A stretch of DNA of 32,000 nucleotides from Saccharothrix sp. ST-888 (GTDB lineage: Bacteria; Actinomycetota; Actinomycetes; Streptomycetales; Streptomycetaceae), in contig NZ_JYJF01000039.1 in assembly GCF_000955975.1 (NCBI RefSeq), positions 5,272 through 37,271 of the forward strand. The letters are read 5' to 3'. The notes beneath the pieces are model-generated. The model was given only the letters and a program-made list of their open reading frames with translations. It did no database searches and was not told the origin of the DNA. Of this stretch, positions 8,595 to 17,500 are shown in pieces. The position numbers and the translations under genes were made by a program. Position 1 is the stretch's first letter. Each line of letters opens with the position of its first letter.

Positions 8595-10439
8595 ATGGCC
8601 GACCAGCCCACCCCCCGAAACAGCCGGCCGCCGGCCGGATCGACCTCCCAGGAGGCGCCCGCGTTCATGCGGGCGTACGAGCGGCTGGCGCTGGCCGTCG
8701 ACCACAAGGTCGGCTGGGACAGGCTGCCCACGCCGCTCGGCCTGGCGACCCTGCTGGGCCTGCGGAACCTGCTGCGCCGCAAGAACCTCTTCGACACCAC
8801 GTCCTTCCCGGCGACCGACCTGCCGCCGATCGAGCCGCGCCAGGCCCGTGACACCACCGAGCGCTCGGCCGACGGCACCTACAACGACCTCGGCAGTGCC
8901 CGGATGGGCATGGCCAACTCGCGCTTCGGCCGCAACGTCCCGCCGGACCGGACCTACCCCGAACCCGAACCGGAGATCCTCTCGCCGAGCCCCCGCGAGG
9001 TGAGCCGCGCGCTGCTGACCCGGCACGCGTTCGTCCCGGCCACGACGGTCAACTCGCTGGTCTCCGCCTGGCTGCAGTTCATGATCCGCGACTGGTTCAG
9101 CCACGGACAGGGCGTCATGACCGATCCCTGGCGGATCGAGCTGGTCGACGACGATCCCTGGCCGGATCGCCCGATGCTGGTGCCGCGGACGATCCCCGAC
9201 CCGACCAGGCAGGCGGGCGACGGCCTGCCGCCCACCTTCATCAACGAGAAGACCCACTGGTGGGACGCGTCCCAGATCTACGGCGACGGCCCGCAGGAGC
9301 AGCGGCAGCTGCGCGCCGGCGAGGGCGGCAGGCTGCGGGTGCCCGGCAACGGCGCGATGTCCTCCGGCGACCCGGAGCAGGATCCGGCGAACACCCCGGG
9401 CTTCTGGCTCGGCCTGGCCATGATGCACCGGCTGTTCATCCTGGAGCACAACGCCATCTGCGACCGGCTGCACGACGAGTACCCGCAGTGGACGGACGAA
9501 CAGCTCTTCCAGCGGGCCCGGTTGATCAACGCCGCGCTCATCGCGAAGATCCACACGGTCGAGTGGACCCCGGCGGTCATCAGCCACCCCACCACGGTCC
9601 TCGCGCTGCGGGCCAACTGGTTCGGCGTCCTCGGCGAGCGGCTGAGCCGGCTCCTGGGCCGGGTCAGCCGCAGCGAGGTGCTCAGCGGCATCGTCGGCGG
9701 TGCGACGGACCACTTCGGCGTCCCGTACGCGCTCACCGAGGAGTTCACCGCGGTCTACCGGATGCACCCGCTGATCCGGGACGAGTGGGCCTTCCGCTCC
9801 GCCGCCGACGACACGCTGCTCCAGGAGGCGAAGTTCCCGGAGCTGTCCGGGCCGCACGCCTACGAGCTGCTGGCGAAGCACTCGCTGACCGATCTCTTCT
9901 ACTCGTTCGGCACGGCCCATCCGGGGCTGGTGACACTGCACAACTACCCCGAGTTCCTCCAGAAGTTCGAGCGGCCCGACGGGAAGGTCGTCGACCTGGG
10001 CGCCGTCGACATCCTGCGGATCCGCGAACTGGGCGTGCCCAGGTACAACGAGTTCCGGCGGCTGCTCCACCTCAAGCCCGCCAAGGACTTCGAGTCGCTG
10101 ACCCCGGACCCCGCCTGGGCCCGGGAGCTGAGCCGGGTCTACGAAGGCGACATCGAGCGGGTGGACCTGATGGTCGGGATGTTCGCCGAGCGCCGGCCCA
10201 AGGGGTTCGCCTTCAGCGACACCGCCTTCCGCATCTTCATCCTGATGGCCTCGCGCCGTCTGAACAGCGACCGGTTCCTCACCAAGGACTTCAGCAGCCA
10301 GGTGTACACCCGCACCGGGCTGGACTGGATCGCGAACAACACCATGACCTCCGTGCTGCTGCGTCACTTCCCTGACCTGCGCCCGGCGATGTCCTCGGTG
10401 ACCAACGCGTTCACCCCCTGGCAGAGCACCGGGGCCTGA
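8595..10439 (+). CDS. Heme dioxygenase of the peroxidase-cyclooxygenase superfamily, plant-type fatty-acid alpha-dioxygenase (alpha-DOX) homologue
   Basis: 614 aa. ATG preceded by GAGGAGG. It is colinear with my recollection of plant alpha-DOX along the whole length: WDRLPTPLGLATLLGLRNLLRRKNL (plant WHKLPV-LGL-YL--RR-LH--YNL), RSADGTYNDL...FGRNVPP, SAWLQFMIRDWFSHG (plant ASWIQFMIHDWIDH), KTHWWDASQIYG, AKIHTVEWTPAV, GVPYALTEEFTAVYRMHPL (catalytic Tyr / proximal His YRMH; Tyr codon 9756-9758, His codon 9765-9767), VPRYNEFRR, GFAFSDTAFRIFILMASRRLNSDRF. Confidence 0.85.
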   Translation: MADQPTPRNSRPPAGSTSQEAPAFMRAYERLALAVDHKVGWDRLPTPLGLATLLGLRNLLRRKNLFDTTSFPATDLPPIEPRQARDTTERSADGTYNDLGSARMGMANSRFGRNVPPDRTYPEPEPEILSPSPREVSRALLTRHAFVPATTVNSLVSAWLQFMIRDWFSHGQGVMTDPWRIELVDDDPWPDRPMLVPRTIPDPTRQAGDGLPPTFINEKTHWWDASQIYGDGPQEQRQLRAGEGGRLRVPGNGAMSSGDPEQDPANTPGFWLGLAMMHRLFILEHNAICDRLHDEYPQWTDEQLFQRARLINAALIAKIHTVEWTPAVISHPTTVLALRANWFGVLGERLSRLLGRVSRSEVLSGIVGGATDHFGVPYALTEEFTAVYRMHPLIRDEWAFRSAADDTLLQEAKFPELSGPHAYELLAKHSLTDLFYSFGTAHPGLVTLHNYPEFLQKFERPDGKVVDLGAVDILRIRELGVPRYNEFRRLLHLKPAKDFESLTPDPAWARELSRVYEGDIERVDLMVGMFAERRPKGFAFSDTAFRIFILMASRRLNSDRFLTKDFSSQVYTRTGLDWIANNTMTSVLLRHFPDLRPAMSSVTNAFTPWQSTGA

Positions 10440-10464
10440 ACCGGGCCCCGGCCCGCGCACTCCG

Positions 10465-10499
10465 CCACCGCCCGCCCGGTGTCCCGGCCGGGCGGGTGG
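10465..10499. terminator. GC-rich hairpin between convergent genes (candidate bidirectional terminator)
   Basis: ccaccgcccgcccgg (10465-10479), loop tgtc, ccggccgggcgggtgg (10484-10499). The stem is imperfect, with a bulge. It lies between the alpha-DOX stop (10439) and the stop of the 857-aa gene (10509). There is no U-tract, as is usual in high-GC actinomycetes. Confidence 0.4.
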
Positions 10500-10508
10500 C
10501 GACGCCCG

Positions 10509-13082
10509 CTACGGCTTCATCGACCGGAGATCGGGGCCGGCCAGGAACTTCCAGATCGAGATCACCACGGCGAGCTGCGCCATCACGTACGCGATCTGCA
10601 CGGAGAGCCCGCGCAGCTGGTAGATCGAGAGCAGCAGCTCGAACCGGCTGGGCCAGAACCGCCGTTCGGCGCGGAAGGTGTCCGCGTCCATGGCGAGGCT
10701 GGTGAGGGTCAGCACCAGGAGCATCAGGCAGATGGCCAGGGCCACGGCGCCGAGCGTCTGGTCGGTGATGAGGTTGCCCATGATGTCCAGGGCGATCAGC
10801 ATGCTGTAGGCGGCCACCAGCCACAGGGCGCGTGCCGGGCCGCGGCGACCGGGCAGCAGGCGCCAGAGCGCTCCCATGACCAGACCCGCGCCGGCCCAGA
10901 CGAGCTCCCAGGACGCGAACCTCCATACCAGATCGGGTACTCCGAAGAGGTTCTGGCGGGTGAGCATCCACTGCTCCTGCGGCGCGTAGGCCGACCAGAC
11001 CAGGATGACGCTGCCGGGAACGCCCACCGCGGCCGCCAGCAGGGCGGCCCGGCGGGCGTTGTCCCACCACCTGGCGTGCGGACCCCAGCTCAGGGCGATG
11101 TCCACGACCGTGACCTGGCTGGGCAGCCACGGCCGTGCCACGGCACCCTGGGCCACCTGCCGCCAGCGGTGCAGCCGGTTCAGTTCCTTCTCCACCGCGT
11201 GCCTGCCGAGGGCGCCCTCGCCGTGCCCCTGGTCCAGGCCGCGCAGCACGGTGGTCAGCTCCCGGTAGCGGCGGGCCCGTTCGATGAGGTCCCGGTGGCC
11301 CGCCTCGGCGATCGCCTCACCCAGCGTCGGAGCGGCGGCGCAGCCCTCCAGGTGCTGGTTCAGCACCGCCCACCGCTGCCCCACCGCCAGCAGGCCGTAC
11401 AGTGCGGCGATGTCCAGCACCAGCCAGAGGCTGGCCAGCACCTGGCTGCCCGCGTACGAGCCCTCGCGCCAGGCCACCACAACGGCGAAGAACACGGCCA
11501 GCAGGAGGCGGTCCAGCTCGGCGGGGTTCGCGTAGGGCACCGGCAGCCCGGTGCCCCTGGCCCGCAGTAGGGCCACGATCGCGACACCCGTCAGGACCCA
11601 GGCGTGGGAGAAGCACCACGCCGGGACACTGGCGGCCAGCGAGGCCGCTTGCTGGCTCAGGACGAGAAGGTGCAGCGAGCCGTACGCCGGTGCGGTGCGG
11701 TCGGTCAGCCAGCTGATGCGCTCCCAGTAGCCCTCGCGGGCCCAGAGCGCCCAGCCGAGCAGCAGGACGGTGAGGGCGGCCAGTGCCGCTCCGGTCCCGC
11801 GCAGCCGCAAGGGGTTCGCCGGTTCCCGGAGCAGACCGCCGTCACTCGCGATCAGCCGGACCCAGAGCACCAGACCGGTGAGCCACAGCCACAGCATCGC
11901 CGCGGTCAGCAGCACCAGAGCGGCGATGCCGGAGGCGGGCGGGGGCTGCTGGGGAACGAGCGTCGGGGGGAGCCCGAACAGGCCGGGCAGTACGGCCACC
12001 AGCGTCCCGGCGACCGCCGTCAGCGAGGCCGCGAGCAGCACCGACGCCCTCGGGCGGGCGGTGACCGTGAGGGCCCAGCCGGTCAGGACGCCGATCAGGA
12101 CCTGCCAGCGCCGCTCGTCGCCCCACGGACCCGGTTCGCCCACCGCCTTGGCCGCGTCCGGAATCAACAGGTAGAGCAGCAGGATCATCACGCCGACGAC
12201 GGCGTTGAGCAGGCCCCAGCGGAGCAGGGCTCCGCTGCTGCTCCGCTCCACCGGAGTGGCCACGGCGCCGGCCGGCTGGCGGCGGGCCCGGACGGCGGCC
12301 ACCACGATCACCGCCGAGGTGCCCGCCCACCAGGCGGCCAGCCCGGCCGCGTTGACGACGCGCCACCCCCTGCTGGTGTTCGCCGTCGCCAGGGCTCGCT
12401 GCCACGGGGGCACCAGCTGCACCGTCACGGCGGTGCTCGGGCCCCCGGGCTGCCCGAGCCCCGACCACACCAGGTTCTCGCTGTCGACGGCCGTGGGGGT
12501 GGGAGCCACCTCGAAGGCGTCCAGGCCGCCCAGGTCGATCTGGACCCGGTCCCAGCGGGCGCCCGCCAGTGCCGTCGGCGGGGTGAGGGACAGCTTCCAC
12601 CGCTCGGCGTGCATGTCGACCGCCCACGGCCCGACGGTGAAGGTGCCGCGCTGGTCGAACCAGAAGACCGTCTGGTACTGGACCTTGACCCAGGAATCCT
12701 CCGCGGTCACCTGCGGCCGGTGCGGGCGCCACTCGTCCGTCCGGAGGTCCTGGAACCGGGGACTCCCCTGCTCCTCCCGCAGCAGGCAGCGCATCGCGAG
12801 CCGGTAGGCATCGGAACTCTCGCTCAGCATCAGGTCGTTGGCGAGCGCCCAGGTGGTGGGCACCTGGACCGTCATGTCCCCCTTGCCCTCGATCACGGTC
12901 TGGGCGTGGTTGACGAGTCGCAGGACGGCCTCGGTCCGGGCCGTGACCAGTTGCTCCGCATGGCAGCCGTCGGCCGCCGCCTCCGCCCGGCCGGGCCACA
13001 GGGCCCACCAGGCCAGGCCCACCAGCAGGAGGGCGGTGCACCGCCGCCACCGGTGCACCAGCGCCCGGGCGTCCCGCCTCAT
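10509..13082 (-). CDS. 857-aa polytopic membrane protein of unknown function (N-terminal extracytoplasmic domain, ~15 TM helices, one ~100-aa soluble loop)
   Basis: Signal/anchor CTALLLVGLAWWALWPGRAEA, then ~230 aa of soluble sequence with Cys residues. After that come many hydrophobic helices, e.g. LLNAVVGVMILLLYLLI, IAALVLLTAAMLWLWLTGLVLWV, AVALAICLMLLVLTLTSLA. A charged loop (HRDLIERARRYRELTTVLRGLDQGHGEG...LNRLHRWRQ) is also present. Third-position GC is high throughout. I recognised no catalytic motif. Confidence 0.75.
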   Translation of the reverse strand: MRRDARALVHRWRRCTALLLVGLAWWALWPGRAEAAADGCHAEQLVTARTEAVLRLVNHAQTVIEGKGDMTVQVPTTWALANDLMLSESSDAYRLAMRCLLREEQGSPRFQDLRTDEWRPHRPQVTAEDSWVKVQYQTVFWFDQRGTFTVGPWAVDMHAERWKLSLTPPTALAGARWDRVQIDLGGLDAFEVAPTPTAVDSENLVWSGLGQPGGPSTAVTVQLVPPWQRALATANTSRGWRVVNAAGLAAWWAGTSAVIVVAAVRARRQPAGAVATPVERSSSGALLRWGLLNAVVGVMILLLYLLIPDAAKAVGEPGPWGDERRWQVLIGVLTGWALTVTARPRASVLLAASLTAVAGTLVAVLPGLFGLPPTLVPQQPPPASGIAALVLLTAAMLWLWLTGLVLWVRLIASDGGLLREPANPLRLRGTGAALAALTVLLLGWALWAREGYWERISWLTDRTAPAYGSLHLLVLSQQAASLAASVPAWCFSHAWVLTGVAIVALLRARGTGLPVPYANPAELDRLLLAVFFAVVVAWREGSYAGSQVLASLWLVLDIAALYGLLAVGQRWAVLNQHLEGCAAAPTLGEAIAEAGHRDLIERARRYRELTTVLRGLDQGHGEGALGRHAVEKELNRLHRWRQVAQGAVARPWLPSQVTVVDIALSWGPHARWWDNARRAALLAAAVGVPGSVILVWSAYAPQEQWMLTRQNLFGVPDLVWRFASWELVWAGAGLVMGALWRLLPGRRGPARALWLVAAYSMLIALDIMGNLITDQTLGAVALAICLMLLVLTLTSLAMDADTFRAERRFWPSRFELLLSIYQLRGLSVQIAYVMAQLAVVISIWKFLAGPDLRSMKP

Positions 13083-13140
13083 GCCACCGCCCCCGGCAGG
13101 GGTGCCCGGAGGAGCGGCGTCCTCGTTGCGCGGGAAGCCT

Positions 13141-13533
13141 TCAAGGCCGGCCGTTCGCGCTTCCCGGGCACCCGCTGACCGGACTGCACTGCAGGATCAC
13201 CTGGTAGGCGTGGCTGACGGCCGCTTCACCGCCGTCACCCCCGGCGGTCTTGACGAACCGCCACTGCGAGGGCCTGGTGTGCTCGGTCGTCGCCGCCTTC
13301 TCGACCTGGACGTGCAGTGTGCGCGCCGCGAGGTCGTGGGTCTCGACCAGGATCTCGTCGGCGGCGACGGGGAAGTGGTGGTGCAGCAGGCACAGGCCGA
13401 ACCGGTCGAGATTTCCGTGTTTCTCCAGCACCGCCACAAGATCGTCCACAAACTTGCGATCCTGCGGACCCAGCCCTTCGACCTCCTCGAACCGCGGGAG
13501 TGCCTGCCCGGAATCAGCCGTACGATTTCCCAT
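13141..13533 (-). CDS. 130-aa hypothetical protein, co-oriented 58 nt upstream of the 857-aa membrane protein gene
   Basis: I start it at ATG 13533, with GAGGAG 7 nt upstream, rather than at the track start 13620. Sequence: MGNRTADSGQALPRFEEVEGLGPQDRKFVDDLVAVLEKHGNLDRFGLCLLHHHFPVAADEILVETHDLAARTLHVQV... It has no TM segment and no motif I can name. Confidence 0.6.
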   Translation of the reverse strand: MGNRTADSGQALPRFEEVEGLGPQDRKFVDDLVAVLEKHGNLDRFGLCLLHHHFPVAADEILVETHDLAARTLHVQVEKAATTEHTRPSQWRFVKTAGGDGGEAAVSHAYQVILQCSPVSGCPGSANGRP

Positions 13534-13932
13534 CGATCCGCTCCTCGATATCACAGCGCTGCATGGCACTCGGAACGCTAAATGGGTCGGTATGCACCTG
13601 CAAGGACAGACATGGGACAACCGGCCCGTCCCCCGGAAAGATCAGCCGTTCACCCGGATCCACGCACTCGGCGCCGGCCGGCCGGCCGTCGCTGCGACCC
13701 GCCCGCCGCCGTGCCGGTGAGCAGAACCGCCCGAGGGAGCGGCCCGGGGGAACGGCTCGACACGGGCCGGCGGGCGGCGGCGAGCTGACGGGCCGACCAG
13801 CCTCTGCCGGGGCCGCGGCACCGACCGTTACGGTGCGGAGGAGGGCCGTTCGACCCGACCCCCCGGACTCGGTCTCCGGATGGACGGGTATCGTCCAACG
13901 GGCAGCTTTCCGATCCGATCGGTGGGGGACGC

Positions 13933-14523
13933 ATGGGCGTGGTACTGCCAGACGAGCTGGTGTGGATCCTGGACCTGATCGGGGTCGACTGGCCGAACGT
14001 GGACGAGGACGACTACCGGGCGATGGCGGACTCGCTGCGCTCGTTCGCCACCGACATCGACGACCACACTGCCGACACCCACCAGGCCGTGCAGCGGATG
14101 CTGGGCGAGAACGCCGGGATGGCCGTCGACGCCTTCCAGGCCCACTGGGGCAAGCTGTCCGGCACCCACCTCCACCAACTCGGCGAAGGCGCCCGGATGG
14201 TGGCGACGGTGATGGACGCCGTCGCAATGGTCGTCGAGGGCGCGAAGATCGCGGCGATCGCCCAACTCGGGATCCTGGCAGCCGAGGTGATCGCCGCCCA
14301 GGCCGCTGCGGTGGTCACCTTCGGCGCCTCCGAGGCAGCCGCGGCCGCGGCCACCCAGGTCACCCGGGTGGTCGTCAAGCAGCTGCTCAAGGAGGCCGAG
14401 CAGCAGATCATCTCGCAGCTGATGTCGATCGCCGAGGGGCCGATCATCAGCGCCCTGGAGGGCATGGCCGGGAACCTGGTTCTGAAACTCGGCGCCCCGG
14501 CCGGATCGGCGGCCACGGCATGA
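13933..14523 (+). CDS. 196-aa WXG100-like / CpnT-N-terminal-like helper protein, translationally coupled to the Rhs gene
   Basis: ATG with GGGGGA upstream and very high GC3. The N-terminus LPDELVWILDLIGVDWPNVDEDDYRAMADSLRSFA matches the (L/I)G--WP--DE---R--A--(W)R--A motif. I remember that motif from N-terminal domains of actinobacterial ESX/T7SS-associated toxins (e.g. CpnT YIGMIWPNGDSTKLRAAAVAWRSAG). A helical region with AFQAHWGKL follows, then an Ala-rich hydrophobic stretch. The stop overlaps the Rhs ATG (ATGA at 14520-14523). Confidence 0.7.
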   Translation: MGVVLPDELVWILDLIGVDWPNVDEDDYRAMADSLRSFATDIDDHTADTHQAVQRMLGENAGMAVDAFQAHWGKLSGTHLHQLGEGARMVATVMDAVAMVVEGAKIAAIAQLGILAAEVIAAQAAAVVTFGASEAAAAAATQVTRVVVKQLLKEAEQQIISQLMSIAEGPIISALEGMAGNLVLKLGAPAGSAATA

Positions 14524-17500
14524 ACGAGGAGGGGTTCAAGCACAACCACGAAGAGACCGAGAAGCTCGGTACCCACTTCCAGTCGTACGCGCAGAAGCTC
14601 AACTCCTCGGCCGGGACCCATCTGGGGAAGGCGAACCAGCACCTCGGCAGGACCCGGGGCAAGGGCGGCCTCGCCGCTGCCGCCGAGCAGGGTGCCGAGA
14701 AGCTGATGGGCAGTATCACCAAGGGCCAGCAGGCGCTCGGCAAACACCTCGACGACGTCGGCACGGGCCTGCACCAGACCAGCGCCAACCACAAGACCCA
14801 CGAGGAGGGACTCGCCAAGTCCCTCAGCGGCATGGGCGGCAAGGGCGCCCCGGCACCGGCCGCCCCCAAGAGCTGGGCCAGCATCGCCAAGGGCGAGGGC
14901 AGCAGCGCCCCCAAGCCGGGCCCGTCGGCCGGCGGCGCCCCGAAGCCGACACCCCCGAAGCTGCGGGACAACACGGCCGACCCGAAGAAGACCGCGACCC
15001 CGGCCACCGCCCGCAACACCAAGAGCGACCCGGTCGACATCGCCTCCGGCGAGATGCTCCTGCCGCAGACCGACGTCAGCCTGCCCGGTGTGCTGCCCCT
15101 GGTGCTCTCCCGCACCCACGTCTCGTCCTACCGGAGCGGTGGCTGGTTCGGTGCGTCCTGGGCATCGACGCTGGACCAGCGCCTGGAGCTCGACGACGAC
15201 GGCGTGGTCTTCGCCGCCGAGGACGGCATGCTGCTGGTGTACCCGGTCCCGCAGCCGGGCGGGCGGGTCGAACCGGTGGAGGGCCCGCGCTGGCCGCTGC
15301 ACTGGGACGGTACCCCGTCCGGCGGGATGCGGATCAGCGATCCGCACAGCGGCACCAGTTGGCACTTCGCGATACCCGCACAGGGGCCGGGCCCGCACGC
15401 CCGCCGGTCCGGCGCGCTGCAACTGCCCCTGCAGGCGATCAGCGACCGCAACGGAAACCGGATCGAGGTCCACTACGGGCCCGGCGGCGTGCCGATCGAG
15501 GTCCGGCACGGCGGCGGCTACCGGGTCGGCATCGACACCGACGGCCGCACCGTCACCGCCCTGCGGCTGCTGGCCACCGAGAGCACCGAGGCCGCTCCGG
15601 AGACCGACGCCGCCGAGGCCGAGGCGGTCCAGCTCGTCGGTTTCGGCTACGACGGCAACGGCCGGCTGTCGGCCGTGACCAACTCCTCCGGCCTGGCCAT
15701 GCAGTTCACCTACGACGCGGCCGGCCGCATCACCAGCTGGACCGACCGCAACCGGTTCCGCTACCGCTACCTCTACGACCGGGCCGGCCGCTGTGTGCAG
15801 ACGCGCGGCGACGGCGGCTTCCTCGACGCGGTCTTCTCGTACGACCCCGAGAACAGCACCACCACACTCACCGACTCGCTCGGCCACCGCACCGTCTTCG
15901 ACCTCGACGAGCACGGCCGTACCGTCCGGGAGACCTCTCCACTCGGCGCGGTCGCCACCACCGAGTGGGACCGTCGCGGCCGCCTGGTCTCGCGTACCGA
16001 CCCGCTGGGCCTCACCACCCGCTTCGGCTACGACTCCGACGGCAACCTCGCGCACAGCACCCTGCCCGACGGCACCACCAGCACCGCCGTGCACAACGCC
16101 GAGCACCGGATCGTCGAGCTCACCGCACTCGACGGCGCCACCTGGCACTACGAGTACGACCTCCGGGGCAACCTCAGCGGGACCACCGACCCGCTCGGCC
16201 ACCGCTCCAGGTACGCCCACAGCCCGCTCGGCCACCCCGCGGCCGTCACCGACGCCCTCGGCAGCACCACCCGGGTCGCCACCGACCCGGCCGGTCTGCC
16301 GGTGTCCGTCACCGACCCGCTGGGCGCCGTCACCACCTGCGTCCGTGACCGGTTCGGCCGCCCGCAGACCACCACCGACCCGCTCGGCGGCGTCACGGCC
16401 TACGGCTGGACGGTCGAGGGCCGGCCGGCCTGGCGGGTGGAGCCGGACGGCAGCCGCCAGGAGTGGCGCTACGACGCCGAGGGCAACCTGGTCGAACACC
16501 AGGACGCCGCCGGCGGCATCTCCCGCTTCGAGTACACCTGCTTCGGACGCCTCGCCGCCCGCACCGGTCCCGACGGGGCGCGCTACGGCTTCACGTACGA
16601 CACCGAGCTGCGCCTGACCGCCGTCACCGGCCCCGACGGCGCCCAGTGGACGTACCGGTACGACGCGGTCGGCGGGCTGATCTCCGAGACCGACTTCGGC
16701 GGGCGCACCGTCGGCTACACCCGCGACCTGGCCGGGCAGGTGACGTCCCGCACCAACGGAGCCGGCCAGACCGTCCACTACACCCTGGACGCACACGGCC
16801 GCACCACCGAGCTGCTGGCCGACGGGCAGGTCACCCGCTTCAGCCGCGACGGCGCGGGGCGGATCCTCTCGGCGCGCGACGCGGATGGCGAACTCCGCTA
16901 CAGCTACGACCCGTTGGGCCGGACCCTGACCGAGGAGTACAACGGCGCCGCGGTCGTCTCCGGCTACGACCCGGTCGGCCGGCGGCTGCTGCGCCGCACC
17001 CCCAGCGGGGTCGAGAGCGCCTGGACGTACGACGCGGTGGGCCAGCCCCGGACACTCACCGGCCAGGGCGGCGCGCTGCGCTTCGACCACGACCGGGCGG
17101 GCCACGAGATCCGGCGCGAGTTCGGGCCGGCCGCGCTGACCCAGACCTGGAACGAGGTGCACCGGCTCACCGCACGCCAGCTGGCCGTGGCTGAACAGCC
17201 CGTGCTGCGCGCCGGGTTCGACTACCGGGCGGACGGCGCGGTCACCGGGAGCACCGACTCCGCGCGGGGCCGGCGCTCCTACGAGCTGGACCCGCAGGGT
17301 CGCGTGACCGCCGTGACCGGCGAGAACTGGACCGAGCGGTATGCCTACGACGCGGCCGGGAACCTCACCCACGCCGAGTCCGCCGGATCGGCCGGAGCCG
17401 CGGGATCTGCGGGGTCTGCGGGGTCTGCGGAGCCGACCGGAGCGGACGCCGACGGCGCCCGGCTGCTGGAGCGCGGCCTGCTGCGGCGGGCGGGCCGTAC

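Noticed and set aside
6567-10460. 1297-aa minus-strand ORF spanning the GMC and alpha-DOX genes
   Set aside because: It is an antisense open frame typical of >70% GC DNA. It crosses an intergenic region, has low-complexity R/G/P/V composition and lacks any recognisable domain, whereas both plus-strand genes have clear family motifs.
13317-14519. Upstream 400-codon extension of the Rhs reading frame (track ORF 13317..18695)
   Set aside because: The extension is Arg/Gly/Pro-rich and overlaps the well-formed helper gene in another frame and the divergent promoter region. The ATG at 14520, overlapping the helper stop, gives a sensible helical N-terminus.
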